IMG/VR virus record: IMGVR_UViG_3300030102_003210
Strand: one strand, 5' to 3'
Length of the DNA: 64,000 nucleotides
Origin: an uncultured virus (IMG/VR IMGVR_UViG_3300030102_003210)
Lineage: Duplodnaviria; Heunggongvirae; Uroviricota; Caudoviricetes
Below, piece after piece: positions 26,535 to 39,800 of this stretch. The notes beneath the pieces are model-generated. The model had not been told where the DNA came from. It ran no database searches and saw nothing but the letters and a program-made list of their open reading frames with translations. Positions within the stretch are counted from its first letter, which is position 1. The number at the start of each line of letters is the position of its first letter. Position numbers and translations under genes: made by a program.

Positions 26535-29500
26535 ATGAGTAAGGCAGATGGAACGTTCACCTACCCGATGTCCTCTCAGAAGGATGTCGCTGATGCTGGT
26601 TCAAACTACGATAACATACTATCTGAGTTTAGCACTGGAACAGCATTCAGGGATGTGACGGTCAACCCCATCCTAAAGACAACGCATGTGACATCAGAGA
26701 CAACGAACAACAACGTCGAAGCAGTATCGTCCGTTATATTCACAGAGATAAGAAAAGGACCACATGCAGATAGCATATCGAATGACTTAAACTCACAGAT
26801 AGGAAACAGGATACTTCCCGTCAACACAACGAAAGACAGTCATGGGACAGCAAAGGACACATCTGCTCCATTCAAGATAAAGGTGTATGACTCTGAAGAA
26901 AGTGCATCTACGAATAGGAAGTTCGTATACTCGACTATTGACTCCCCTGCGACGGACACGTTGGGAATAGACATCGATAACTATGACTATTTCATAATGC
27001 TGAACCCGTCCATAATACAGGACACTGGTTCAACTACTCAGACATCCGTTAGACCACACTTCGCAAAGATAACCGGAATAACCACCTTCAATGAGTTTGG
27101 AGACGGGTTGGAGTTCTCCCCCAAGTATCCGGTTCCAGTTCCAAAGGGAACGCAATTTGAGGTATTCAAAGGACCGCACAAGATAAATGACTCAGATGTT
27201 GTCGCTGTTAGTTATGGCCTAAGAGGTGATGCCAATGCCAACACCGACAACTACGATGTACTGAATGTTGTCAGCAAGCCGACCTTCTACTTCTACAATG
27301 ACAGGTTAGAGCAGGATGACCAGTTGGACTACATGGAGAAGTACACGCTAACTAGGATGCGATGGTTGACAACATTGAGCAGTACGGCTATCATAGTAAC
27401 GAACACCGATGCCCATGACAAGTACGAGGAAGGTAGTTCCTCCGCTAGATTCACCGTAGCACCATCTGACATCAGCAAGTTATGTGAGGGAATGTCGTTA
27501 TTCAATAGCAACAACGAATTCCTAGGGAACATAAAAGACAGAGACACGGCAAACAACTACATACAATTGGACTTCGCAAGAATCGCAATTGCTGCCAGTT
27601 CCTCCACGTTGACCTATAGGATAGGAAGGGGAATACAGAACGTGGTCTTCAGGACAGAGAGTAGGATAAAGGGAACCATACCGAACATAGGTAGGCAGAA
27701 GTTGGATGCGGTTCTAGTTGACAACCTCAGAAACACCGATGACTCAGATAGCAACTTTAACCCCTCATTTTGGAGAAAGTCATTCGTGAACATGAGAAGA
27801 CATGAGCAGGATAGTACGACTGTCACTGTGAATGATAGTCATTTCGATGGAGAGTTGAATGGCCCTGCAAGATACATCACATCAGACCCAAGACCATTTA
27901 GCAATGACAAGATAAGTCCCATGTCAGATATCGTGGTCAATAATCCTAGAAACAGGATGAGCAAGATTGCCAAGATGATAGCCTTGAACAACTCAGGTAT
28001 GCTACCACATAAGATAGAAAGGGGAAAGAAACTCAAGGTGCTGAATACCAAGTTCAGTGATAAGTGTGAGATGAAAAAACTACCAGTGTTGGTATCTAAG
28101 ACTAATGGAGCAAATACGATAACATTCACTGAGATAGATGCATCTCATGACTACAAGTTATCTGAAAAACTACCAACTGACTCCATTCTTGAGATAGGAG
28201 ACTACCATTATGTCGTTGATTCCTTTGCAAACAAGAGCAACAGTAGTCAAGTGCTTACAACGAAGGCTAGAAAGACCTTGACCGAAAATACCTTCACCTT
28301 AACAACCGATGTTCATGATTTCACAAATCTGGAAGTGAAAGTTGTATTTTGGACAGGAGTGTTGAATACCGACACTTTTGACTCTGAAACCGATGTGATA
28401 TATGCAGACAATCACCGATTGTCCGTATCAGATTCAACAGTGAAGAAGGAAAACACCAAGTTTTTCAATTCAAGAGTAAATTTCACATCCCTAACATCGC
28501 ATGAGAATCTCGTTGACTTTATCGATAGAAACATGAAATATGTCAAGATACAGGACGCAAGCAGAAAGTTCTACCAAAGTTCCAACATAGAGAGGTTCTA
28601 CTACTATGATGGCTCCTACAGTTTGCAGGAGGAAGTATTCTCCGGTGTAGTGGAGTCAACTGATAACACGACTGAGAACGGTCTATCCACTATGGTCATT
28701 GAGGGAAGGGACGACTCTGCACTGCTTCTCAACAAAATAGTCAACAGAAACTTGGTGCATACTGAGGACTTGCTCTTCAGCAGTCTCAACCCTGTTGTTC
28801 CACTGCCAACCACATACGTCTCGCTTCTCATGGTTCTCAACAGTGTCAATGACAGGGTGATAGAATATGCCAACAACAACAACCTAACTCCCAAGAAGTA
28901 CATGCTGTTGTTTAGAAGAAGCGCAACGGCGAATGAGAACGGCACGTTCATCGGTGAGGTGGAGTCGGTATCCGTTGGTGCTTTCACCACTGAACTGACG
29001 CTGACACACAAGCCCCTGATAGACATACCAAGTACAGTATCAGCACTTGATGTCTATGTCTATGACCCCTTTGAGGACTCCACATACCTATCGGGTGTGA
29101 AGGCCATAGGCAGCAACCCTGCCTTAACTTCCTCCACTGATTTTGAGGGAACTAGTGACAAGGGACTGGTATTCCAAGATGGCCTTCTAATTAGCAGGGC
29201 AAGTGATGGAACACTAAGCACATCAAACTTGCGTGGCACATCCAATAGTGGCTCGTATTTGGGAAACAGGACACTAGGTTATGGTATTTCTAAACCGATA
29301 AGTATAGACCTGTTGAACGATGGTGTATCAAGTCCTGATTCTACTTTTGCGATTAAACCATCGAATGAGACAGGTGTTTCATTCATCAACTCAGTTATAC
29401 CATCATATGCATCAGAGACATTCGATGTGGTTCAACTGACATCGAAGGATGATGGTGGTGCTACAATGACAATCGCACCTAGATGTCCACTCATAATGGG

Positions 29501-32500
29501 TAGGTTGGAGAATAACACCAGTGATTCTAGGTCTAACTATTCCTTCTACTTCGTTAACAACAACATCAGTTCAGGAGGCTTCCTACACAGGATAGACACC
29601 TTGGATGGTGATACTGGACAGAGGGACTTCCTGACTGATGATGTGCTTTGGACACCTAGGGAGACTTACAGGTATTGGGACATGCAAAGATTCGATATCG
29701 GGTCATTGACGAAGAACAAGGCTAGGGCATATAACAAGGCGAAGTCTGCTATAACTGGATATGCCATATCTTATCCAATAATGGGTAATGGTCACACACC
29801 TGCGACCTCAACGAGAACAGCGAGCAGTGCGCCTGTTCTTGGAAGCAACATGATTGACTCCGACTTCACACTGAGCAATACCTCTAACATATTCTTGGAG
29901 AACCCACCAAAGGATTTCGTTAGGACTAGTCCATCTACTACTGACGCTAGGTTTCCTGATGTTGACTTTCTTTTGAACTATCATCCAAAGGCTCAGAACT
30001 ATGAGATATTCTCAACGGGAGACCTGTATCCATACTCAAAGTTGAGGTATAACAACATCGGGTACTCTACACTGAGTTTCAATAACCTGTCATGCCTACT
30101 AGAGTCAAGCAGTAGAGCATCCTCGACTAGCAATGGTCACTCATCGTATACAGGGAAAACGTTCTCCAACGATAGAAAGGACTCTGACTACGAGAAAGTA
30201 ACAATTAAGTCAGCAGATAAAACCACTAACCAAATCAAGAGGTTCGGAGTAGCGAGGTTAGTTGAGGCGACATTCGATTGGCACTTCAACCCGATAGACC
30301 CGGATGACCTACCAACAGAGACCCCAGTGCAAGCATCCTACTATCAAATGTTTAAGAAAAGGGAGAGCATAACGAACCTACAGGTATCAAAGACTAGTAG
30401 CGGAAACCCAACGATAACATTCGATGGTGGAGGAACCATAACCGTCGATGACGGTCAGGTGTTCTTCGATGCCAATACTGGTAGGGCGTTGTTGTCATAT
30501 TCTAGTGTTCTTTCTACAACTATAAGTTCAGGTGGGACGATTAGTGCCTCAGACTTAAACAATATATCAGGGGAGACATCGATATCCTCCACAGACGCAT
30601 ATACAATAAAGCAGTACGATGATACGAAATTCAGGATAGAGTCATTCAGCGACGGATTTGAGGTATACAACGCAGAAGACAATAACGTCACTGATGTAAT
30701 AGACTTCTCAAGCGTCTACCTAGTCAGACCGAACCTGCACACATCAGGGTTCAGATACTCGTTGCTAGAGGCAACCAATGGTGCTGACTACGACCCTCCA
30801 AACGTCTTCCTACCTCTAATCTTCAAGAGCAAGACGAGTGCATCAGCCACTGCTATGAATGTCGCAGACCAGTCGCCATATCATCCTGATGGAACTTGGC
30901 ATACTCTGAATAGTACCCCATACTATCATAGTTCTAGGGTTCTAGCAGCACTTCAAATGGATAGGGGAACAAGTAGTCTACTTATTGATGCCGATAAATA
31001 TAGCATAGAGAATGACGTTCATCCCTATGAGAACTGCATAGCCGTATTCAGAAACATAAGAAAGGTCTCGTCCGAGGGGCCAAACGTTCCCTCTGACATG
31101 TTTCAAACAAGTGCCACGCTTGGAAGCCGAGAGGAAGTGTCTGCGCATGATACATTCTTCGCTGGTGGGGTAGATGGCAACTTCGACCAACACACACCTA
31201 ACACGATGGTTTTCAGGCACACTGATGGCAATGCATATGCGATATCGGGAACTCACACTAGGAGCAGGTACAACGCTCATACTGGCTCGGGTAATTGGAT
31301 TGAGTCTGACAATGGTGCTGAATACTTCCTATCTGAATTGAATGAAAATGAATTGACTACGAGTAGGACGACGAACTCACATATAGAGACATCATCCAGT
31401 AGTAGCGGTGGTGGGGTATACCAAGCGCAGATGATGATTAAGCCAGTCTTTGACTTCGACGCAGATGACATCACGATAAGTGGTAGGACGATAACATTCG
31501 CCTCGGATGAGAATGACTTCAAACACTCATGGTTGTTGTTTGTGCCTGACTTGACCGGATATTACATAGTTGCTGAGAGGATGTTTGAGACCAAAGCAAC
31601 AACGAGTCTAGGAAATTTAGACGTATTCCCCCATACTGATACTCATGAGTTGATATCCAAAAGTCCCGAGGGAGGAAACATACTCACGATTGCCAAGATA
31701 ATCCGACATGAGATAAGTGGTATGACAAGTGCAAATGATGGTACTCATGATATTATCATAGAGTTGGATAAACAACTTCCATCAACTACTTCACACACGG
31801 ATGGTGGTCCTAGATATAGACTAATGAAACTAGCAGAGACCACATTCAGGGACACACCCAATGAAATAATATTCAACAGACTACATGCAACTGGATTGGA
31901 CTACTCGCTAACAACATCAAACTTCGCAAGCGGGACGACGAACCCTAGAACACCATCTTCCGGTCTGAAGGGTGAACTATCAGAGGGGGTGTATAGCGCA
32001 TATGTTTTGATGAATACAGATGTAGCACCTAATACCCATACTGACACTGATTCACAGACAATAATCACTGACAACCACTTGGTATCCTCATCCAACCTTC
32101 CTTATTCAGATGGCGATACGTTTGATGCTTTCATAACAGATGGAACCAACTCATCAAGAAAGACAATGACTGTATCGCTATCATCTGCGTCTAGGTCTGA
32201 AGGTAGGAGAAAGGCAGAGCATAAACTGACATTCGACGGAACACTGACAGGAAACGGTGTGGTATCATTCGGTGAGGTTATCAATTTGGAACTGGATACT
32301 AGACCTGACTTGGGAGATGTCTCTGTCTGTCACATAGGAACCAGCATGACAATCGGCTCTGAGGCAGAGACTGAGATTGAGAGGATAGCGAAGGAGGCAG
32401 GTATGACAACAGATACCATACAGACACAATCAATATTCACAGGAAACATAGTCAGCAGTGTTAGCAATAACATAGTGACATGCAAGAATGCTGTTGTTGA

Positions 32501-33515
32501 CATAGAGGCAGGTGATGTGATATACACGCATGAGGGCTTACCAGTAGGCGAGGTAGCAAGTGTTTCAGGTAGCGATATAACCTTCAATGACGTTCACACT
32601 GACATTGATATCGACCTTTGGTATACTCCATTGGTAAATGACGAACTGATAAAGAGAGAGAAGAAGACATTCATCGCCACGAATAACTTCACAGAGGTAT
32701 CGGCATTCGATGCTATAAACACCCTAGCAAGTAAGAAGGAAATGGACTTCAACGTGAAGGGCAAACACATAGACTTCAGGAAGTTAAACGTATTGAGCGG
32801 TTTAGTGAAGAAGAAGATAAACTACAAGAACAACAGGATATTCAGGATAGATACAAGTTCAGAACTCTTCGCAAAGGCAAACAAGGTCACTGTCGTTGGG
32901 GATAGGGTAAGTGCAATAGCACAAGTGGATGAGGAAGGAACTGAACTCACGTTTGTTGATTCCACCATCAAGACTAGACAAGATGCAAGGGTAAAGGCAA
33001 ACGAACTCCTAGAACTACACAATGAAGACACTAGGAAGATTACACTAAGGTTAGAGAGGAAGGGACTAGAGACTCTAGATGCAGGAGATGTAGTTGAATT
33101 AGACTTCCCTGCACAAGGCATTGAAAATAACAAGTATGTAATATTTGAAATAGAGAATGTTCTTACAAGTCAAATAACCATGACCGTTGGAACTTTCAGT
33201 AAGACTATCGCAGAAAGACTATCAGAATTAGGAAGTGGTCAAAGGGAAAACACGGCAACGACATTCACTAAGAACAGTATATCAGTAACAGGTGATACTC
33301 TACTGAAGGATTCCCTGAAGATTAGGGTTATGAACGTCAACTATGTTATCTCAGGAACAGGTGCGGTATCGAATGTTGGGTTCGGTGCTAAGGTCGGATT
33401 CTTTGATGATGGTGGGTCTGAGAATGCCGATGCTGAATTAGATAGCAGTGGAACAGAGGTTGGTTTCAGTAGGCAGTCGGTTGGGGTTTTGTTGAACTAC
33501 GATAGTGAGGATTGA
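26535..33515 (+). CDS. Very large tail-tip/hub (central fibre-like) protein
   Basis: About 2330 aa, S/T/N/D-rich; hub-like VFSGVVE..MVIEGRD and LDAGDVVEL..YVIFEIE motifs; ORF open from 26466. Confidence 0.65.
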   Translation: MSKADGTFTYPMSSQKDVADAGSNYDNILSEFSTGTAFRDVTVNPILKTTHVTSETTNNNVEAVSSVIFTEIRKGPHADSISNDLNSQIGNRILPVNTTKDSHGTAKDTSAPFKIKVYDSEESASTNRKFVYSTIDSPATDTLGIDIDNYDYFIMLNPSIIQDTGSTTQTSVRPHFAKITGITTFNEFGDGLEFSPKYPVPVPKGTQFEVFKGPHKINDSDVVAVSYGLRGDANANTDNYDVLNVVSKPTFYFYNDRLEQDDQLDYMEKYTLTRMRWLTTLSSTAIIVTNTDAHDKYEEGSSSARFTVAPSDISKLCEGMSLFNSNNEFLGNIKDRDTANNYIQLDFARIAIAASSSTLTYRIGRGIQNVVFRTESRIKGTIPNIGRQKLDAVLVDNLRNTDDSDSNFNPSFWRKSFVNMRRHEQDSTTVTVNDSHFDGELNGPARYITSDPRPFSNDKISPMSDIVVNNPRNRMSKIAKMIALNNSGMLPHKIERGKKLKVLNTKFSDKCEMKKLPVLVSKTNGANTITFTEIDASHDYKLSEKLPTDSILEIGDYHYVVDSFANKSNSSQVLTTKARKTLTENTFTLTTDVHDFTNLEVKVVFWTGVLNTDTFDSETDVIYADNHRLSVSDSTVKKENTKFFNSRVNFTSLTSHENLVDFIDRNMKYVKIQDASRKFYQSSNIERFYYYDGSYSLQEEVFSGVVESTDNTTENGLSTMVIEGRDDSALLLNKIVNRNLVHTEDLLFSSLNPVVPLPTTYVSLLMVLNSVNDRVIEYANNNNLTPKKYMLLFRRSATANENGTFIGEVESVSVGAFTTELTLTHKPLIDIPSTVSALDVYVYDPFEDSTYLSGVKAIGSNPALTSSTDFEGTSDKGLVFQDGLLISRASDGTLSTSNLRGTSNSGSYLGNRTLGYGISKPISIDLLNDGVSSPDSTFAIKPSNETGVSFINSVIPSYASETFDVVQLTSKDDGGATMTIAPRCPLIMGRLENNTSDSRSNYSFYFVNNNISSGGFLHRIDTLDGDTGQRDFLTDDVLWTPRETYRYWDMQRFDIGSLTKNKARAYNKAKSAITGYAISYPIMGNGHTPATSTRTASSAPVLGSNMIDSDFTLSNTSNIFLENPPKDFVRTSPSTTDARFPDVDFLLNYHPKAQNYEIFSTGDLYPYSKLRYNNIGYSTLSFNNLSCLLESSSRASSTSNGHSSYTGKTFSNDRKDSDYEKVTIKSADKTTNQIKRFGVARLVEATFDWHFNPIDPDDLPTETPVQASYYQMFKKRESITNLQVSKTSSGNPTITFDGGGTITVDDGQVFFDANTGRALLSYSSVLSTTISSGGTISASDLNNISGETSISSTDAYTIKQYDDTKFRIESFSDGFEVYNAEDNNVTDVIDFSSVYLVRPNLHTSGFRYSLLEATNGADYDPPNVFLPLIFKSKTSASATAMNVADQSPYHPDGTWHTLNSTPYYHSSRVLAALQMDRGTSSLLIDADKYSIENDVHPYENCIAVFRNIRKVSSEGPNVPSDMFQTSATLGSREEVSAHDTFFAGGVDGNFDQHTPNTMVFRHTDGNAYAISGTHTRSRYNAHTGSGNWIESDNGAEYFLSELNENELTTSRTTNSHIETSSSSSGGGVYQAQMMIKPVFDFDADDITISGRTITFASDENDFKHSWLLFVPDLTGYYIVAERMFETKATTSLGNLDVFPHTDTHELISKSPEGGNILTIAKIIRHEISGMTSANDGTHDIIIELDKQLPSTTSHTDGGPRYRLMKLAETTFRDTPNEIIFNRLHATGLDYSLTTSNFASGTTNPRTPSSGLKGELSEGVYSAYVLMNTDVAPNTHTDTDSQTIITDNHLVSSSNLPYSDGDTFDAFITDGTNSSRKTMTVSLSSASRSEGRRKAEHKLTFDGTLTGNGVVSFGEVINLELDTRPDLGDVSVCHIGTSMTIGSEAETEIERIAKEAGMTTDTIQTQSIFTGNIVSSVSNNIVTCKNAVVDIEAGDVIYTHEGLPVGEVASVSGSDITFNDVHTDIDIDLWYTPLVNDELIKREKKTFIATNNFTEVSAFDAINTLASKKEMDFNVKGKHIDFRKLNVLSGLVKKKINYKNNRIFRIDTSSELFAKANKVTVVGDRVSAIAQVDEEGTELTFVDSTIKTRQDARVKANELLELHNEDTRKITLRLERKGLETLDAGDVVELDFPAQGIENNKYVIFEIENVLTSQITMTVGTFSKTIAERLSELGSGQRENTATTFTKNSISVTGDTLLKDSLKIRVMNVNYVISGTGAVSNVGFGAKVGFFDDGGSENADAELDSSGTEVGFSRQSVGVLLNYDSED

Positions 33516-33517
33516 AG

Positions 33518-33895
33518 ATGACGATAGTAAATACAGGAGCAAACGCAATAGCAGACCATATAGCGGCAGAATATCGAGTAGTTGCCATAGGCAATGGAGG
33601 GGATACAACTTCCCTGCAATCTACTGGCTTGAACAGTTTCGTCAGAATGAAGGTAGGACAAATACCGGATGTTGTTGGTACTTCCTTGATATACAACGTT
33701 TCCTTTACTGGTGCTGAGATTCCATCTTCAGGAGTATCTGAACTAGGCATATTCAAGACAGGAACAGGTGAAAGTGATGGAACGACCCCACCTAACGGTA
33801 TTTTATTGAGCCGAGTCACCTTCACAAACACCGGAGTAGTTGGCTCAAGTGACACAGTTTCATTTCAAGTAAGGATAGAGGTGGGTAATGAATGA
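33518..33895 (+). CDS. Small tail-tip/fibre attachment protein
   Basis: IVNTGANAIA..AIGNG..SELGIF..LLSRVTF pattern common in tail-fibre-base proteins. Confidence 0.55.
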   Translation: MTIVNTGANAIADHIAAEYRVVAIGNGGDTTSLQSTGLNSFVRMKVGQIPDVVGTSLIYNVSFTGAEIPSSGVSELGIFKTGTGESDGTTPPNGILLSRVTFTNTGVVGSSDTVSFQVRIEVGNE

Positions 33896-36800
33896 CATCG
33901 AATACAGGAATAATAAGTGGAATGGATACTAGTGTCGGACAACTGAAGGACGGTGTTGACAACATACACAGTGGTATCATCAAGGCACTTCAGACTGCTA
34001 CTGGTGAGAACAGGGGAGTAGATGGGTTTGATTTAACACAAACGACAAGCGGTATTCCGTCCACAACTAGGTTCGTCGTCACCGGAGGCAAGGTTCTCAG
34101 AAATGGTAAACTCACCACTGTCTCAGCAGCCAACCTAGATACTACGACTTCCACTATAGCCAGTGGCTCTTCTGATTGGTATGGTGTTATTGTAGTCTGT
34201 GATGGCACTGAAAGCAATGAGACTGCTAATACTCTCAAGTGGAGATTTGGTGCGGTCACTGGATACACTCTTAGAAACGCATCATCAACAGTAGCAGAAC
34301 TGAAAGGTGGAGATATACCAATCATCGTTGTTCAAATCGCTGCTGGCTCATCCAGTGCTTCTACAACTAGAAAGCACCAGTTCCTAGCATACGAGCAAGC
34401 AGACAGGGAGTTCTCTGCATTTGACTCAGGAACAGAGAGACTGAGAATAAACAAGGGAGGAACATTGACCCACACACCTAGTTCCACATCATATACATTG
34501 ACACTCCCATCTGCCACAGGAACCGTCGCACTAACATCAGACATATCCAATCTAGCAGCAGGTAGTCTAGCAGCAGGTGCGGTGACTGAGGCTAAACTAG
34601 CAACGAATTCAGTATCAAACACTAAGATTGCAGAGGATGCTGTCACTTTCGATAAGATGCAAGACCTATCTGCTGCATACAAGTTAATTGGGACAGGAAG
34701 TGCTTCAGGGCAAGTGTCTGAGGTATCTATTGCGACACAGCATATAGACAACAATGCAGTTACCACTAATAAGATAGATGACAGTGCAGTGACTTCAGCG
34801 AAGATTGCTGATGGGACAATAGTATCGAATGACTTGGCAGGTGGAGCAGTAACGCTGGATAAGATTGCTGACATTGCCCAAGATAGAATACTCGCAAGAG
34901 TGGCAAGTGGTACAGGAGATGTTCAGGCAATTACTGCTGCTCAGTTAAGAACCCTAATCAATGTAGAGGACAATGCTGATGTCACTAACACTGCTAGAGT
35001 CAAGTCTGCTTTAGGAGGAGACTTAGGTAATTTCACTCTAGGAGAGAGTAACGATTCTACTACTGTTGCTGGTAATCTCACAGTAGCAGGAGATTTGACT
35101 ATCAGTGGAACCACAACCACTGTCAACTCAAATACCGTGAATATCGGAGATAGCATAATCACTCTAAACTCTGATGCAACAGGTAGCGCAAGCGAAGATG
35201 CAGGTATAGAAGTCGAAAGGGGAAATGATGCAAATAAGACACTAATTTGGGATGAGAGTGCAGGAAGGTGGACAGTTGGCTCTGAGACATTTGTTGCAGG
35301 GACTTTCATTGGTAATCTAACTGGAACTGTGACACATGCTAGTGCTTTGGCTACCCCTAGTAACTTCTCGATATCAGGAGATGTCACTACCACTAGTTCG
35401 GTATCCTTCAATGGAAATAATGATGTTACATTGGCTACTAGTCTTGCAGCAGGAGTTGTAGATACTGCGGAACTTGCTGATTCAGCCGTTACCAATGCTA
35501 AGATAGCGAGTCAAGCCGTTACCAATACTAAGATAGCGAGTCTAAGTGTCACCAATAATAAACTAGCGAATGACGCTGTGACCTCCGATAAGATTGATGA
35601 CGATGCAGTTCTAACTGCTCATATTGCAAATGACCAGATAACTTCTGATTTAATCCAAAATGATGCCATAATATCAGACTTAATTGCAGATGGTGCTGTT
35701 TTGAATGACCATCTAGCAGGAAGTATTGCTCAATCCAAGATAACAAATCTAGTCTCAGACCTAGCAGGAAAACAGGCAGCATTGACATTTGGTGCTGGTC
35801 TATCTAACTCAGGTGCTACGATAAACGTAGACATTAGTGAGTTGAGCGTTGAGAATGGAATAGACAAGGATAATGACCATCTGATGTTCAATGACAATGG
35901 AACTCTGAAAAAAACAACCTTGACCAATATATTCACCAAGATAGGTGAATCAGACCTACCAAGCCTTTCCGCTTCCAAAATAGGAACTGGTACATTTGCT
36001 GTCGCTAGAATACCCAACATAGCAACTAGCAAGATAACAAGCGGAACATTTTCCACTTCTAGAATTGCAGATAATGCAGTTACATTCGATAAGATTCAAG
36101 ATGTTTCATCAGGTATACTTCTAGGTAGAACCACATCAGGAACAGGGGGAGTGGAAACACTTTCTGCTTCAGCAGTAAGGACATTCTTGAACGTAGATGT
36201 TTCAGGAACGGATAACTCAACTGACGTTACACTTGCTGGAAGTAGAGACTACTTGACCTTGAATGGACAACAGATAACGGTTGGTGAGATTGACATATCG
36301 GATGATACCAACCTAGTTGCTGGAACCAACCTCACATTATCAGGAGACACATTGAATGTAGATACCGACTTATCCAACTACAGCAATGCTAACTCAGGAT
36401 TCCTAACTGCACACCCAACTATATCAAGTGCAGCAACTACTACTAACAATAGTGGTAGAACATACATACAGAACGTCACACTAGATTCAAATGGTCATGT
36501 CACAGGATTCAGCACTGCGACTGAAACAGTCACAGACACTCAATACAGTGTTGGTGACGGGGGTTTAACACAGAACAACTTTACTGATAGCCTAAAGAGC
36601 AAGTTAGATGGTATTGCTGATAACGCTAACAATTTCATCCTGCAAACAGCAAGTGCATCCACATTAGGTGGAGTAAAGATAGGTAGTAACCTATCGATAG
36701 ACGCAGGAACAGGAATTCTATCTGCTGATACACAGTCGGATGTTAATTTCACATCTGCCTTGAATACAAAGTTATCAGGGATAGAGACAGGTGCAACAGC

Positions 36801-39800
36801 AGGTGCTAACTTCGCAACAAACGTCAGCAACATCTCAGTTACTAACGCTCAACTTGCTGGAAGTATTGCAAATAACAAACTCGCAAACTCGTCAGTTACC
36901 GTCAATGGCAGCACTGTCGCTTTAGGTGGGAGCATTACACTAACAACTGCCAACGTAGCAGAGGGTGCTAATCTATACTTCACTGAAGAGAGAGTTGACG
37001 ATAGGGTGTCTGCACTACTATCTGCTGGTGAAGGGTTGGACATCTCATACGATGACCCCAATGGAACTCTAACAATATCATCCGAGGATGCAACCACGAC
37101 TAACAAGGGTGTAGCCTCCTTCGCCTCTGCTACCTTCGATGTGACAGGTGGTGCAGTCAATGTTAAGTCGGGAGGTATAAGCAACGCACAACTCAATGGT
37201 TCTATCTCTAATGACAAACTCCTAAACATCGCACAAGGCAAGATAACTGGTCTCACATCTGCATTAAACTCCAAGGTAGAGAACCTCAGTGATTTGGGAA
37301 TAACCGCATCTGCCGCAGAGATAAACATACTAGACGGGGTAACTGGTGTATCTTCGACGGAGATAGGCTACCTAGATGGAGTCACATCTGCTATTCAGAC
37401 TCAGTTGGATGGCAAGCAAGCATCAGGAAACTACCTGACTACCTCATCTACGATAACATCACTATCAGGCATAGCCGAGTTTGACACTGATATCACAGCA
37501 GTTAGCAATACACATGACTCCGTTCCATCAGCAAAGGCTGTCAAAGAATACGTTGACATGGTATCATTCGATGCTAACGACACACAATACGCCTTCAGTG
37601 TGGAAGACACTAATGTCAACAATACGAAGAGATTGAAACTAACTGGAACTGATGGTAGTTTCACATCTGTGAACTTTGAGGGAAGTGGTGGAGTATCAGT
37701 CACTAGAATCAACGAGAGGATAATCATAGATAGCACAGCACAACCTGTTCAGTCGGTTGCATTTAGTGGGAACACGCTAACATTAACGAAGATAAACAAT
37801 AGTACGGTCACAGCCACTATACCTGATGCTACTACTAACGTTCATGGGTTGATGACTGATGACCAGTTCAACAAACTAGCAGGTATAGAGAGTGGTGCTA
37901 CTGCCGACCAAACAGCAGCAGAAATCAAAACCCTAGTTGGTTTAGCATCCGATTCCAACGTATTCACTGATGCTGACCACAGTAAATTAGATGCCATTGA
38001 AGCAGGTGCTACAGCAGACCAAACCGCATCTGAAATACGAGCATTAGTAGAATCTGCCTCAGACTCTAACGTATTCACCAATGCAGACCATACCAAACTA
38101 AATGGTATAGAGGCAAATGCAACTACTGACCAAACCGGAGCAGAGATAAAGACAGCACTGTTTAACGAATCCGATACGAATAATCTAACAGATACGCTAC
38201 TAAGCAAGTTGAATAATATTGAGTCTAACGCTACGGCAGACCAAACTGCATCTGAAGTAACTGCTTTGTTGAATGACGTTGCCAGTTACACCCTTGGAAC
38301 ATCAGGCTCAGGAACGATAACCATCGCCAATGATTTAGTCGTAACGGGAACCACGACAACGAACAACGTTGAGACTGTGAGTACAAGCAACGGTGTGGTG
38401 TTTGAAGGGAATGCAGCAGATGGCAACGAAGTTACTTTACTAGCAGGTACAGTAACAGCAGACAGAACGATAACGCTACCTGACGCTACTGGAACGGTAT
38501 TACTCACTGATGGTTCAGGTGCATCACTGACATCCTTGAATGGCTCACAGATAACAACTGGAACAGTCTCTGCGGCTAGAATAGGAAATCTACCTGCATC
38601 TAAGATAACGACAGGAACCTTCCCAACCGCTAGAATTGCAGACAGTGCAATAACAACGGCGAAGATTGCAGATGATGCTGTGACCGTTGCCAAGATAGAT
38701 GGTCTGACTGACTTGGGAAGTGGAGTTGTAATCTCATCAGCAGAGAGAACGAAACTAACAGGAATAGAGGCTTCAGCAGATGTCACGGACACTGCTAACG
38801 TCACTGCCGCAGGTGCTTTGATGGACAGCGAAGTCACTAACCTCGCACAAGTAAAGGCGTTTGACTCATCTGATTACGCCACTGCCGCACAAGGGGCAAA
38901 GGCTGATTCAGCACAACAACCCCCAAGTGAGGGAGCATTCGTTGATGGTGACAAGACCAAACTAGATGGAATCGAGACAGGAGCAAATGTAACAGATACA
39001 GCGAATGTCACAGCAGCAGGAGCATTAATGGATTCAGAGGTGACGAACCTAGCACAGGTAAAAACATTCGATTCCTCTGACTATGCAACTGCCGCACAGG
39101 GAACTACTGCTGATGCAGCGTTGCCTAAATCCGGTGGGACGATGACAGGCAACATAACCTTCAATTCAACACAGCAGTTTGATGGTAGAGACCTATCTGT
39201 TGATGGAGCGAAGTTAGATGCTATTGAAGCATCAGCAGATGTCACTGATGCAACTAATGTAGCAGCAGCCGGAGCGATAATGGATGGTGACTTCACTAGT
39301 AATGGATTCATGAAGAGAACAGGTGCAGGAACATACACCATCGATGCAAACACATACCTGACCGCACATCCGACAATTAGCGGTGCTGCAACCGATACAA
39401 GTAATACGGGTAGGACATACATACAGAACCTAGAGTTTGACTCAAATGGTCATGTCACAAGTGTATCAACAGCAACTGAAACTGTTGTGAATACAGACAC
39501 ACAACTCACTGAGGCACAGGTTCGTGACTTTGCAGGTGGGATGTTCACAAACAACACAGAGACATTCATCACTGCAACCTATCAGACCTCTAGCGACACG
39601 ATAGATTTGGTAGTGCCTGTTCTAGATGAGAACGATATGAACTCAAACTCCGATACACATCTCGCTACCCAACAATCCATCAAGGCGTATGTGGATACCG
39701 AAATATCGGATTTAGTCAATAACGCACCTTTAACACTAGACACTCTGAAAGAAATAGCAGATGTGCTAGGAGATGATAGTAACATAACAGGTACAATAAT